Shown here: piece by piece, positions 17,555 to 27,308 of the stretch | How the letters are laid out: every line of letters starts with the position of its first letter | Numbering within the stretch: position 1 is the stretch's first letter | DNA from: Candidatus Woesearchaeota archaeon CG1_02_57_44 | GTDB lineage: Archaea > Nanobdellota > Nanobdellia > Woesearchaeales > CG1-02-57-44 | Length of the DNA: 64,000 nt | Assembly (NCBI GenBank): GCA_001871415.1 | Contig: MNWW01000066.1 | Coordinates: forward strand, 2,091 to 66,090 | Reading direction: 5' to 3' | Program-made: the position numbers and the translations under genes | Notes under the pieces: generated by a model | Told to the model about the DNA's origin: nothing | Database searches by the model: none | The model's input: the letters and a program-made list of their open reading frames with translations, nothing else

Positions 17555-18784
17555 TCAGTCCTGTGCGACATCAGTCTCGAGAGCATGCGCGAGCTCCAGG
17601 CCCTCCAGCAAATCAGGCAGGGTCTCAAATGTCGCCCCATCGCGCACTACGTGCAGCGCGTCCTTGAATCCTGGGATATACGCGTAGCGGTTCGCGAGCG
17701 GCGCGTTGACATAAAGCGATGCGAACAATGCACCGGTCTGCGCCGCCTCAGCAGTATTGAGCGTGCCATCTCTCCATGCGTCCTGATGAGCCGCGATGTA
17801 GGCTATCATCCCAGCGCGGAATGAATCACCTGCGCCTACGAGATTGACACTGCCATCAAACAGGTATCTGCTGCTCACCTTAGTGAGGTCCCAAGAAGCA
17901 GGTCCGTGCCTGGTCGCGATGATGGCTCCGTCGGACAGGGTGATGCCGAACATACGCATGCCATGGTCATCTTCGGCACTGCCATCCCGCACCCAGTCCA
18001 TCGCCATCTGCAAGTAGGTATCGCACACGCGGCATGAATCACCTATGCCCGGCTCCTGCATCGCGCCATTGGCCTGCAGCACCAGCTTCGCCTCGTCACG
18101 CGAGACAAAGAATAAGTCTGTCTGCGGGACGATGCGCTCAAGGGACTGATATGCAGCATCGCCTTGCGCGAGCGTATGGATGTCCGCCATGGTGATCGCG
18201 CCACGCTCCTTTCGGCAATACTGCAGGAAATCAGCCAGGTCCTGGCCATCTCGCGCATCACCACCTTCAGACAGTCCGATGTACAAATAGGCCACGACCG
18301 CAGGATTTGATGACTCCACTGCAACGCGCATGGGAGAAAAGTGGAACGCATGATTCGCGTTGGGGTAATATGCTATCGCCGCGCGCTCATCGCCACCTTC
18401 CGCCTGATGGATGAAAGTCATGCCGGTCTTGGTTCCGGGGACAGCATGCAAGTCAAGGTAGACCCCTTCCTCAATCATACGCTGGGCAAAGTAGCTTGCG
18501 GTGAGGTCCAATCTATGCGCTCCATGCCACGGACCTTCACCAACCATGCCCGCGATGGCAGCACCCAGGCCTGCGCGCGCGATCAGCGGAGCACTGTTGC
18601 CGGGTCCACCAGGCGTCGCTCGTCTCTCTTCAATAACCTTCCTGAGCAGCCCTTCTGATATATCCGGCAGCTGAGTAGAAGACATCATGCACACTTCGCC
18701 AGGCGCGATGCCTTGCGTGACTTGAACGAATTTCGGGTCAGCGTAATCAACGACTAGTGTGTTGCAGTAGAGTGCGCCTATCAT
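17555..18784 (-). CDS. PfkB-family carbohydrate kinase (long form, 409 aa); substrate unknown.
   Basis: PfkB signature GAGDSFRAG. TATA (TATTTATA, 18808-18815) lies 24 nt upstream of the ATG. Confidence 0.7.
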   Translation of the reverse strand: MIGALYCNTLVVDYADPKFVQVTQGIAPGEVCMMSSTQLPDISEGLLRKVIEERRATPGGPGNSAPLIARAGLGAAIAGMVGEGPWHGAHRLDLTASYFAQRMIEEGVYLDLHAVPGTKTGMTFIHQAEGGDERAAIAYYPNANHAFHFSPMRVAVESSNPAVVAYLYIGLSEGGDARDGQDLADFLQYCRKERGAITMADIHTLAQGDAAYQSLERIVPQTDLFFVSRDEAKLVLQANGAMQEPGIGDSCRVCDTYLQMAMDWVRDGSAEDDHGMRMFGITLSDGAIIATRHGPASWDLTKVSSRYLFDGSVNLVGAGDSFRAGMIAYIAAHQDAWRDGTLNTAEAAQTGALFASLYVNAPLANRYAYIPGFKDALHVVRDGATFETLPDLLEGLELAHALETDVAQD

Positions 18785-18974
18785 GAGCGAGGGGAATCCT
18801 GTAGCGGTATTTATACGATGCGGAATCTATGGACATATTGGCTGTGCGGTTTGTCCACGATTGGTGATGAATATTCACTGATGAAGAATATCCTAGCGCT
18901 ATCCGGTACGATGCTGTATAAGATGAGGGGGAAGCAAAGATGACCACGGACAAGCGGCCATCAATTGAGCACTA

Positions 18975-19550
18975 CTAATGCCACACCGTGCTGCCCAAGT
19001 GCCGCTTGACGCTCGCGCGCACCGCGCCTTCATCGTAGCGCGTCGGCACCGGCAGCCACCGATGACTGTACTCGTGCGTTCGCACCTCGTGATATTCTTC
19101 TGGAAAGAAACCTGCGCGCAGCACCACGTAGTTGAAGTCAGGATACGTGAAGCCGAGCAATCCGACGCCCATCTCGGCCGGATGCTTCTCGATGACCCGC
19201 ACACCCAGGATCTGCTCTGAAAAATCCTGCAGCAGCCAGGCGACGGGAAGATATCCATCATACTGCTTCGCCAACCGCTCGATGCCGTCGTCTACTGGAC
19301 GATAGTTCTTGTAGAGATGCTCTGGCCAGAACGGGCCACGGATTGGCGCAGTAGATGACGTATCAGAGGATACGTCAGAGAAGAGCTCCTTGGGAACATA
19401 GCCCGGCAGGATGGCAGGTCGCGCTTGCTTGTCAGACAGGGCCCGCAATGCTTGTTGCATCTGCTGCTCGAGCTCAGAACCCTGCAGGTCTGCCAGAAAT
19501 CCAGGTACGTCGGATACATCGTATTCTGGACAGTGGTGCATATGGCGCAT
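18975..19550 (-). CDS. Hypothetical protein with an HExxH motif (THEYSH); possible small metallohydrolase.
   Basis: 191-aa ORF with a C-terminal HEYSH. No other recognisable domain. Confidence 0.35.
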   Translation of the reverse strand: MRHMHHCPEYDVSDVPGFLADLQGSELEQQMQQALRALSDKQARPAILPGYVPKELFSDVSSDTSSTAPIRGPFWPEHLYKNYRPVDDGIERLAKQYDGYLPVAWLLQDFSEQILGVRVIEKHPAEMGVGLLGFTYPDFNYVVLRAGFFPEEYHEVRTHEYSHRWLPVPTRYDEGAVRASVKRHLGSTVWH

Positions 19551-19680
19551 GACTGACGATATGGATGTTGCGAGACATAGCGATTATGCAAGTGCAGTAT
19601 AGAGTAGTGTGGCGACATTGGCACACGTCCCTGCACTCTGGCTCACACTCTGCCCTGTACTCTGCCCCGTCCAAGGCCCC

Positions 19681-20172
19681 TTACTGGTTGCGCTGTCGCG
19701 CTAAGTAACCAAGCAGCGTCTGTTGCAATTGCTGGGTCACCTTGTCATTGGGCGACGCGAACACATGCCCTACCAAGTCTTGCCTATACTGGCCCCGCAA
19801 CAAGGGCCCCAACGCGTTTGCGATAGCGACATGGTAGTCCGTGGTGCCATTATGGTCGCTTCCCACAGTCAGGAGATGATGGTCGCAGAACAATTCATTC
19901 GTAGCAGTGCGCGTGGTCACCCTGCTCACCATGCCCCCCCTGCCAGAAATGCGCAGGTGCTCGGGAAGCAGACCTCGGTAGCTGCCACGTCCCACACTCT
20001 GCACCACCTCAGGACATTCATCCGGAGGGGGAAGCTGCCCATTCATGCTCGAGCGCAAGACCTGTTCCAGATCTGCTTCAGGGATGCCGGAATCGCTGAG
20101 CAGCAGGGATGCGGCCACATACACGCCGCCCTGGTTACGTATGATATAGGGGGGAAAAGCCATGCACTTCAT
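19681..20172 (-). CDS. Hypothetical protein (163 aa).
   Basis: ORF with host-like composition. Diverges from the 20247 gene across a 74-nt AT-rich promoter region. Confidence 0.35.
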   Translation of the reverse strand: MKCMAFPPYIIRNQGGVYVAASLLLSDSGIPEADLEQVLRSSMNGQLPPPDECPEVVQSVGRGSYRGLLPEHLRISGRGGMVSRVTTRTATNELFCDHHLLTVGSDHNGTTDYHVAIANALGPLLRGQYRQDLVGHVFASPNDKVTQQLQQTLLGYLARQRNQ

Positions 20173-20246
20173 GAAAAGGGCACATCATTTAAGCATTGTG
20201 ACAGAAAATAGAAAAATAGTTAAATAATAGCACAACATCTATAGAT

Positions 20247-20879
20247 ATGTCACAATTAGAACAAGACTTCAGGCGGTATCTGGCACTGCGCCCTGACGTG
20301 GAACGCTGCTCTGCCGAAGGCCTCATCAACCGGCGCGCGCTCGCCAGGCATCTGGTCAAGCAAGGCATCTCCAAGCCCAAGCAGCTTGAGGCACTCATCG
20401 GCATGCTGCGCAGGCATAAGTTTTCCGGCGTTGACGGGAGTGCGCATCTGCCCACCTTCAGGATCGCCATGAAAGACGGCATCGCCCTCATGGACCTGCC
20501 CCGCGATAACGCTTCCATGAAGGCCCTGCAAGAGGCCATGCGAGCCACTGACTATGACAAGGGCCACACCTTCAAGATGGTAACAGGAACAGCCGGCATC
20601 AAGGCAGTCATGGACACTGACGCCGCAAAAGCGCTTTCACGCAACATCAAGACTGCCGCCACTACCTGGGGCATCACGGAAATCAGCATGCTCTTCGCGG
20701 TGGAGGCAAGAAACACCAAAGGCATTGTCTCAACAGTCGCAACAGAACTCGCGCTGCACGGCATTGTGGTCCAGGAGATACTCACCGCGAGCCCGGAGTT
20801 ATTGCTCTATGTCAGGGACTCTGATGCGCTTTCTGCCCTTGGTGTGCTTCGGACACTTTTACCGCCAGCAACGCGGTGA
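20247..20879 (+). CDS. Hypothetical protein with an ACT-like C-terminal segment; putative small-molecule-binding regulator.
   Basis: TATA (TTAAATAA, 20220-20227) 20 nt upstream of the ATG. The C-terminal ISMLFAVEARNTKGIVSTVATELALHGIVVQEI resembles ACT/RAM folds. Weak. Confidence 0.4.
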   Translation: MSQLEQDFRRYLALRPDVERCSAEGLINRRALARHLVKQGISKPKQLEALIGMLRRHKFSGVDGSAHLPTFRIAMKDGIALMDLPRDNASMKALQEAMRATDYDKGHTFKMVTGTAGIKAVMDTDAAKALSRNIKTAATTWGITEISMLFAVEARNTKGIVSTVATELALHGIVVQEILTASPELLLYVRDSDALSALGVLRTLLPPATR

Positions 20880-21153
20880 AACCACGAACCTGCGCGATAG
20901 ACAAGGTCATACCATCAGGCAACCTGTTGGCCGCCCTCAACAATGCCAGCAGATCATTAGCTTGGTCCGTCGCACTCTTGCCTTCGATGAATGAACGCAG
21001 GAACTTGACCTTCACCAGTTTGTGACGCTTGAGCTGCCTCGCTATCTCATCCACCACGCCAGGCGATAACCCTGATTTACCGATGCGCACCAGCTGAGGC
21101 GTAACTGCCTGTAGGTTGACGTTGCGACCCGAACGCTGAGACGGATTCCTCAT
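20812..21153 (-). CDS. CRM-domain RNA-binding protein (YhbY/CRS1 family).
   Basis: VRIGKSGLSPGVVDEIARQLKRHKLVKVKF parallels YhbY LGSNGLTEGVLAEIEQALEHHELIKVKI. Confidence 0.65.
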   Translation of the reverse strand: MRNPSQRSGRNVNLQAVTPQLVRIGKSGLSPGVVDEIARQLKRHKLVKVKFLRSFIEGKSATDQANDLLALLRAANRLPDGMTLSIAQVRGFTALLAVKVSEAHQGQKAHQSP

Positions 21154-21337
21154 TCAGGCGAGCAGAAGCGCGCCTGCCATAAAAAGCTATTGCATGAATA
21201 CAGAATGAAATGGAATCCATGCAAAGGCCCCGCGGTGTTGACAGTCAACGCCAGACATAGCCCCATGTGCGCATCAGCAATCCTCATCAGCCAGGCCCTT
21301 GCTCCACTCCCAAGCATGCACCCGCTCAAAAAGGACC

Positions 21338-23047
21338 TCATTCAGCAGCGTGCCGATGCCTGCGCTTGAGCTCCTTGATGTGCTCCTTTCGCAGGTGATG
21401 GACGTGCTTGTGGCTCTTACCATGCTTGTGCACGATACCCGCCAGATAGTCCCCTGCGACCAGGTTAGGCAACATCACATAGTGCGCGCCGCGCTCATAT
21501 AGACGCAACGCGTCCTCAATCCAGCTCGCGGTCACGAACAACATGACCTTATGCTCCGACTTCTCTGCCTGCTCGATGAGCAGCTGATTGACATCCAGGT
21601 CAGGGACTGTACTGATGATGACTTTAGGCTTGAACTTGAAGATACGATCGACGATCTCTGGATCCGAGAGGTCGCCATAGATACAGGGCACGCTCTCATG
21701 CCTGAGCCGATGGATGGTCTCAGGATTGTAGTCAACGACCAGAATCTCCTTCTTCTTCTCCTTGAAGCTCTTCAGTATACCGTACCCGGTGCGGTTGTAG
21801 CCGCATAGCACGGCCGAGAATGGCTTCTTGGTATGGAATTCGTCGAACTTGTCAAGGTTCGCGCGGTGCAGGAAAAAAAGACGGTCACGAAGCAACAGAT
21901 AGATGCGGTTAGCGTACCTGATGACATAGGAAGAACTCACAAAGGTGAGCAGCGTCACCAAGGTGATTGCGACCATGTACGTCGCTGGCAGAATATTGGC
22001 CTGGATCGCGATGGGCACCAGGATAAGGGAAAACTCAGAGGTCTGCGCAAGATTGACGCCGGTCAAAAACGATGTTGAGCGGGAGAATCCCAACCTATCT
22101 AGGGTGAGCATCATGGCGAGCGGTTTGAGGATGAGCACCACAGCCAAAAAACTCCAGACGAGGTTCCAGTCAGGCACCTGATAGAGCCCCATGCCAAGCG
22201 CGGCGTAGAACAGGATGATGAAGAAATTACGCACCGGCAACATACGACCCACGATCTCTGGTTTGTAGGGCAATGACGCGAGACTCAATCCAGCGATGAA
22301 CGCGCCGATCTCAATGGAGAATCCCGCAAGCTCAGCTGCGGAGGCAGCGATGAAACAGACGCTCAATGACATGAGGAACAGCAGCTCAGACGAGCGGGCA
22401 GCCACCCGCATCATGGGCGCGAAGACCAGGTCGGAAATGGCAACGATGCTCAGGACCAGCGCCAGCCCCTTAAGCAATGAACGCAGCATGAGCAACGCGC
22501 TGAACTGCTGCAGGCCGGGCAGCATGGCGAGCGCGATGATGGCGATGAAATCCTGGAAGAGCAGGGTTCCTGTGATGATGCGACCATGCAGCGTCGGCAA
22601 CTCCCCCCTGTCAGAGAGCAGCTTGAGCACCACCATGGTGCTGGAAAAAGACAGGATCAATGATAGGTAAGCTCCCGCGGTCGCTGACAACCCCGTCAGC
22701 ATCGCCAGAGGGATCACCACGAGAGCGATAACAACCGTCGGGACCAGCGCGACCAGGAAACTCGGGAGACTGACCCTGTTTATCTTCCTTATCTCCATCT
22801 CCAGGCCCACCACGAAGAGCAGGAACGCGACGCCTATATGAGAGAGGTCAGTCAGGAAGCTCAGGTCTGTCAGGTGGACTAGGTAGCTGATACCAAAGAT
22901 CCTACCGAACGCAAGAATCAGGGGCCCGACCAGGACCCCGGCGAGTATGTATGCAGGAAGCAGTGGCTGGCGCACCCGGTGCATCAGATAGCCAAACAGG
23001 GCTGACAAAATAATGATGGCGGCAATGCCTGCAAAAACGGGTTCCAA
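21338..23047 (-). CDS. Monovalent cation:proton antiporter (CPA2/Kef-type) with a C-terminal RCK/TrkA-N domain; TTG or later ATG start.
   Basis: About 12 TM helices, then a Rossmann GxGxxG-like segment (VLCGYNRTGYGILKSF...EILVVDYNPE). TATTTAAA lies about 25 nt upstream of TTG 23047. Confidence 0.8.
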   Translation of the reverse strand: MEPVFAGIAAIIILSALFGYLMHRVRQPLLPAYILAGVLVGPLILAFGRIFGISYLVHLTDLSFLTDLSHIGVAFLLFVVGLEMEIRKINRVSLPSFLVALVPTVVIALVVIPLAMLTGLSATAGAYLSLILSFSSTMVVLKLLSDRGELPTLHGRIITGTLLFQDFIAIIALAMLPGLQQFSALLMLRSLLKGLALVLSIVAISDLVFAPMMRVAARSSELLFLMSLSVCFIAASAAELAGFSIEIGAFIAGLSLASLPYKPEIVGRMLPVRNFFIILFYAALGMGLYQVPDWNLVWSFLAVVLILKPLAMMLTLDRLGFSRSTSFLTGVNLAQTSEFSLILVPIAIQANILPATYMVAITLVTLLTFVSSSYVIRYANRIYLLLRDRLFFLHRANLDKFDEFHTKKPFSAVLCGYNRTGYGILKSFKEKKKEILVVDYNPETIHRLRHESVPCIYGDLSDPEIVDRIFKFKPKVIISTVPDLDVNQLLIEQAEKSEHKVMLFVTASWIEDALRLYERGAHYVMLPNLVAGDYLAGIVHKHGKSHKHVHHLRKEHIKELKRRHRHAAE

Positions 23048-23300
23048 TGGGTCACCTCTTAGCTACAATTCCAGAGGAACGGCTTTAAATATGTTTTTAT
23101 TGCGCAGGCTTAGCAGTAAGTACTCGATTCGCTCGGACACCAGTCATGACCAATGCATGCCAGTATATGCTAACGTCCCGTAGGTCGAAGAGCAAGAAGG
23201 AACTGCAATAGACCTGCCGGCACTCCATAGCAGGCAAAGGAAGAAACAAAAGAAATAAGGGAAGAAAACAAGGAAAAAAGGGTTCGCCTGCTGACGATAC

Positions 23301-23717
23301 TCACTCGTCTGAGTCTTCCAGATCCGCCTGAGCCGCTGTCGGCTGCTTGCCGCGATGAATCTCGGCGAACGCAGGGGCGATGACCAGCCAGTCCTCACCA
23401 AAGCCCGCGATATCGCCATTCATGGCCTCAGCAGTCTTCTTGAGCTTGTTGACCGCACGCTTGAGCTCAACGATGTCTTTGTCCTTGAGCGGCGCGATAT
23501 TGAGCAGCACAATAGTGTAACCTGCGCGCAGGGCGTCAAGCACGGGCTTGACATCCTCAAAGCTCTCCAGCATGAAGGGCTTAATGATTATCTTAGCCTT
23601 CTTGTCTTGTATCTCGCTGGCCTCAAGCTCCAGGAAGCCACCGTCTGCTTCAAGCGTCTCTGACTCTGACGCTGAAAATGTATCCTTTAGTTTGGAAAGG
23701 AAATTTTTCATGGACAA
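23301..23717 (-). CDS. sepF: Cell division protein SepF homolog (DUF552).
   Basis: KIIIKPFMLESFEDVKPVLDALRAGYTIVLLNI...GDIAGFGEDWLVIAP aligns with the bacterial SepF C-domain. Confidence 0.7.
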   Translation of the reverse strand: MSMKNFLSKLKDTFSASESETLEADGGFLELEASEIQDKKAKIIIKPFMLESFEDVKPVLDALRAGYTIVLLNIAPLKDKDIVELKRAVNKLKKTAEAMNGDIAGFGEDWLVIAPAFAEIHRGKQPTAAQADLEDSDE

Positions 23718-23947
23718 TCCCTCCGGCCCTTACTACTGGTGCATACTACCAGTTTCTACACTTACCATGCACCCCCATATATTTATAGTTTTAGGTATGA
23801 TTATTGAAAGCAGCAACCATTCGTCACCGATGAGTCATTCGTAAGGAGACTTCAACATATGCGCGACATCGGCTCGATACCCTGCAGATGCGTCCATACG
23901 CAGGCATCATGCCTGAAAACTGCCGCCATCACTGCATCGCAGCACAC

Positions 23948-24514
23948 TTATTTTGGTAATTGGGCAATGATATCTGCGACAACCAGTTCAGGCGCCTTAT
24001 ACGTGGTATCCACCACCAGGTCGAAGTTTGACTCATCGTAGGGGTCAAGACCATAATATGCATGGTAGCGCTTGCGCTCGGATTGCTCGCGCTGGCGCAT
24101 GAGCGCCACCTGCTCGTCCATGCCTGCCGCCCGCTCTGTCTCACGATTATCGCCAAGGATGCGCTGCGCGCGCACCTGCTCATCCGCGACCAGGAACACC
24201 TTGAACGCGTCATGCACAAAGTGCCAGCCAAGCCTGCTGTCCAGCACGAATGATGGATGGCTTTTTCCCATGGCTGACTGACGCTCATCGAGCGCCTGGT
24301 CTATCTCCCGACCTTGTTCAGCCACTTTGGAGAACTCGGCCAAGCTCATGCCCCGCTCCTGGGCCATCTCGCGCATGAAATCACCTGAACTGAAGTGGGG
24401 AACGCGCAGCCTCGCGGCGAGCATCTTTGCCACGGTACTCTTTCCCGTGCCCGCCTGGCCGCTGAGCACCACGCGCAGGCCTGGATGAGCTGCATGAGTC
24501 GAATCTAAAGGCAT
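23948..24514 (-). CDS. cmk: Cytidylate kinase (archaeal type).
   Basis: P-loop VVLSGQAGTGKSTVAK, AK-fold layout. Start taken at Met5 of the ORF. Confidence 0.75.
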   Translation of the reverse strand: MPLDSTHAAHPGLRVVLSGQAGTGKSTVAKMLAARLRVPHFSSGDFMREMAQERGMSLAEFSKVAEQGREIDQALDERQSAMGKSHPSFVLDSRLGWHFVHDAFKVFLVADEQVRAQRILGDNRETERAAGMDEQVALMRQREQSERKRYHAYYGLDPYDESNFDLVVDTTYKAPELVVADIIAQLPK

Positions 24515-24536
24515 GTTTTCTGTCATGGCATGCAGT

Positions 24537-24645
24537 GGTCAGGTCAGGTTGAAAAAGGTTTTGGGACGTGCGACGAATACCAGCGCTATTTACGGAGACT
24601 ACAGCACAACAGGAGTCGCCAATATCCCCGTTTCCTGACCTGACC
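24537..24645. repeat. Perfect 12-bp inverted repeat GGTCAGGTCAGG ... CCTGACCTGACC flanking an 85-nt A/T-containing spacer, located between cmk and mgtE.
   Basis: Direct inspection: 24537-24548 and 24634-24645 are exact reverse complements. Confidence 0.6.
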
Positions 24646-24718
24646 CGTATTCAACCCATATGCCATCCACGCCCACCATCAGAGACTGACATAAGCAACC
24701 TTTTTAAATCACTACGCA

Positions 24719-26077
24719 TTGCGAAGGAGCGTGAACGACACACAATTATTCCTCAGGAGCGTGCGCATCCTTCTGGACAAGAACAGCAAAGACAAGCTTG
24801 TTGAGTTCCTCAAGCGCCTTCACCCCGCTGATATCGCTGATGTGCTTGACCGTCTGCCAGACCAGGACAAATACAAGGTATTCGCGGTGCTGGACACGCA
24901 GGTCGCGGCAGAGGTCATTGCCGAAGCCAACAACCTGACCCGCGATGCGCTTCTCGACCGCCTCGGCAAGAACAGGCTGACCGCCATCGTCGATGACCTG
25001 GAGTCAGACGACGCCGCGGACCTCATGCAGGAGCTTACTGACGAAAAGCAGGACGCGGTCCTCAATGAGCTGCCCAAGAATGAAGCCCGTCGTCTGCGGC
25101 GCATCCTCAAGTATCCTGAAGGAACAGCGGGAAGCATCATGCAGTTTGAATACCTGGCAGTCGACCAGGGCATGACTGTCGACGAGGCGCTCAAAGCCAT
25201 CAGGAGCAAGTCCAAGAATATCGAAGACATCCACAATGTCTTTGTCACACAGGAAAACCTGCTTGTCGGCCTCATCCCGCTGCACAGCCTCATCGTCTCA
25301 GAACCCAAGACGCGCATCGCCAGCATCATGGAACCTGACGTGGTCACGGTCAAGGTGGATGATGACCAGGAATACGTCGCGGCGTTGTTTCGCAAGTACG
25401 ACCTCATCTCGCTCGCGGTCGTTGATCAGGACAAGCGCATCGTCGGCCGTATCACGGTAGACGATATCCTTGAGGTCGTAGAGGAAGAGAGCACCGAAGA
25501 TATCTACAAGCTCGCAGGACTGTCATCAGACGAGAACGTCCTGGATCGACCGTTCGCGTCTGTGCGTCGACGGCTTCCGTGGCTGCTCATCAATCTTGCC
25601 ACAGCATTTCTCGCCGCGAGCGTAGTCAACGCATTCCAGGGCACCATCTCCGCGCTTGTCGTGCTGGCCGTCTTCATGCCCATCATCGCGGGCATGGGCG
25701 GAAACGCTGGCACGCAGAGCCTCACCGTCATGGTGCGCGGCATCGCGCTCGGTCACGTGAATCCTGAGATGGTGCGAAAGATACTCCATAAGGAGCTTAT
25801 CGCGGCGCTCGTCAACGGCATCACGGTCGGCATCATCCTCGCCATTGCCTCATATGTCTGGAAGGGCAACCTGCTCCTGAGCATGATGGCGTTCTTCGCC
25901 ATGATAATCACCCTGCTCGTCGCCGCCGCTGTCGGCAGCATGGTCCCGCTCATCCTCAAAGCGCTCAAGATAGATCCAGCCTTAGCATCAAGCGTCATCG
26001 TCACCACGTTCACGGATGTTGTCGGATTCCTGTCCTTCCTGGGTCTCGCCTCCATCGCACTGCACTACTTGGCGTAG
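24719..26077 (+). CDS. mgtE: Magnesium transporter MgtE (MgtE-N, tandem CBS, C-terminal TM domain); start uncertain (TTG 24719 or GTG 24731).
   Basis: Conserved MgtE layout. TTTTTAAA (24700-24707) lies 24 nt upstream of GTG 24731. Confidence 0.85.
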   Translation: MRRSVNDTQLFLRSVRILLDKNSKDKLVEFLKRLHPADIADVLDRLPDQDKYKVFAVLDTQVAAEVIAEANNLTRDALLDRLGKNRLTAIVDDLESDDAADLMQELTDEKQDAVLNELPKNEARRLRRILKYPEGTAGSIMQFEYLAVDQGMTVDEALKAIRSKSKNIEDIHNVFVTQENLLVGLIPLHSLIVSEPKTRIASIMEPDVVTVKVDDDQEYVAALFRKYDLISLAVVDQDKRIVGRITVDDILEVVEEESTEDIYKLAGLSSDENVLDRPFASVRRRLPWLLINLATAFLAASVVNAFQGTISALVVLAVFMPIIAGMGGNAGTQSLTVMVRGIALGHVNPEMVRKILHKELIAALVNGITVGIILAIASYVWKGNLLLSMMAFFAMIITLLVAAAVGSMVPLILKALKIDPALASSVIVTTFTDVVGFLSFLGLASIALHYLA

Positions 26078-26105
26078 CGCGCAGGAGCAACCCTTCGTAC
26101 CTACC

Positions 26106-27128
26106 ATGAAACAGCCCATCTGCATCGGCATCGAGAGCACGGCCCACACGTTCGGAGTCGGCATCGTGAGAGGCAAAAGCATCCTTGCCAATGCGCGCGA
26201 TGCGTACACCACAGAGCAAGGAGGCATCAACCCATCTGACGCCCGCGCGCACCACGAGGCGGTCAAGCAGACTGTGCTCGACAAGGCGCTGGAGCAGGCA
26301 GGCATCAGATTGCAGGATGCCACGCTCATCGCCTTCAGCCAGGGACCTGGACTTCCGCCCTGCCTTGTCGTGGGCCTGGAGTTCGCCCGGCACCTGGGAA
26401 GGACGCTACGGTTGCCTGTTGTCGGTGTCAATCACTGTGTCGCTCATCTGGAGATAGCGCGGCTCGCCACTCCCGCAAAAGACCCGGTGCTGCTGTACGC
26501 CAGCGGCGCGAACACGCAAGTCATCGCCTATGAGGGCAATACGTATAGGGTCTTTGGCGAGACCCTTGACCAGGGCATCGGTAATTTTCTGGACCAGTTC
26601 GCAAGGCATCTTGGCCTCGGGTTTCCAGGAGGCCCTAAGATCGAGGCGCTCGCCGCGCAGGGCAGTACCTACATCCCCTTGCCCTACGCGGTCAAGGGTA
26701 TGGATGTCAGCTTCTCCGGCATGCTCACCAACCTCAAGCAGAAAAGTGTGCGCAAGGACGGCCAAGGCAGGTATGTCAATGCCAAAGGCGACCGCTACGC
26801 TGTGGAGAACCTATGCTATTCACTGCAGGAGACCGCGTTCGCCATGCTGATTGAAGTCGCTGAGCGCGCCATGGCCCACTGCCGCAAGAAAGAGCTCGCT
26901 CTTGGCGGGGGGGTCGCCTGCAATAGCAGGCTGCAGGCCATGGCCGCAAGCATGTGCCAGGAGCGAGGCGCCAGATACTACTGTCCAGAGCGTTCCCTGC
27001 TCGTCGACAACGGCGCCATGATCGCCTGGCTTGGCATCCTGGCTAAGGAGCACGCGACCACAGACTACGCTTCCCTGGACATCCTGCCTCGTTGGCGCAC
27101 TGACCAAGTGGAAGTTTCCTGGCGATGA
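26106..27128 (+). CDS. kae1: tRNA N6-threonylcarbamoyladenosine synthase Kae1 (KEOPS catalytic subunit), not fused to Bud32.
   Basis: Archaeal-type N-terminus ICIGIESTAHTFGVGIV, the HH...H metal site and GGVACN. Start taken at Met31 of ORF 26016... Confidence 0.9.
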   Translation: MKQPICIGIESTAHTFGVGIVRGKSILANARDAYTTEQGGINPSDARAHHEAVKQTVLDKALEQAGIRLQDATLIAFSQGPGLPPCLVVGLEFARHLGRTLRLPVVGVNHCVAHLEIARLATPAKDPVLLYASGANTQVIAYEGNTYRVFGETLDQGIGNFLDQFARHLGLGFPGGPKIEALAAQGSTYIPLPYAVKGMDVSFSGMLTNLKQKSVRKDGQGRYVNAKGDRYAVENLCYSLQETAFAMLIEVAERAMAHCRKKELALGGGVACNSRLQAMAASMCQERGARYYCPERSLLVDNGAMIAWLGILAKEHATTDYASLDILPRWRTDQVEVSWR

Positions 27129-27308
27129 GTAGATGCCATGACAGGACGATTCTGATAAGGGTGCATCCTTCCCAGGATATCTTCTTATCTTCTCTGTTGC
27201 CTTATGCGCGTCATAACTTTACACCGGAAACAAATCACCCTAAAACCCCCACACTTCGGATAGCGCCAACAAAACATTTTTATGTACGACTAGCCGTGCG
27301 ATGGATAC

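Noticed and set aside
24537-24645. SRP (7S) RNA domain IV candidate because of GGTCAGGTC.
   Set aside because: The invariant GGAAGCAGC and the rest of the 7S consensus are absent. The second arm is merely the reverse complement.
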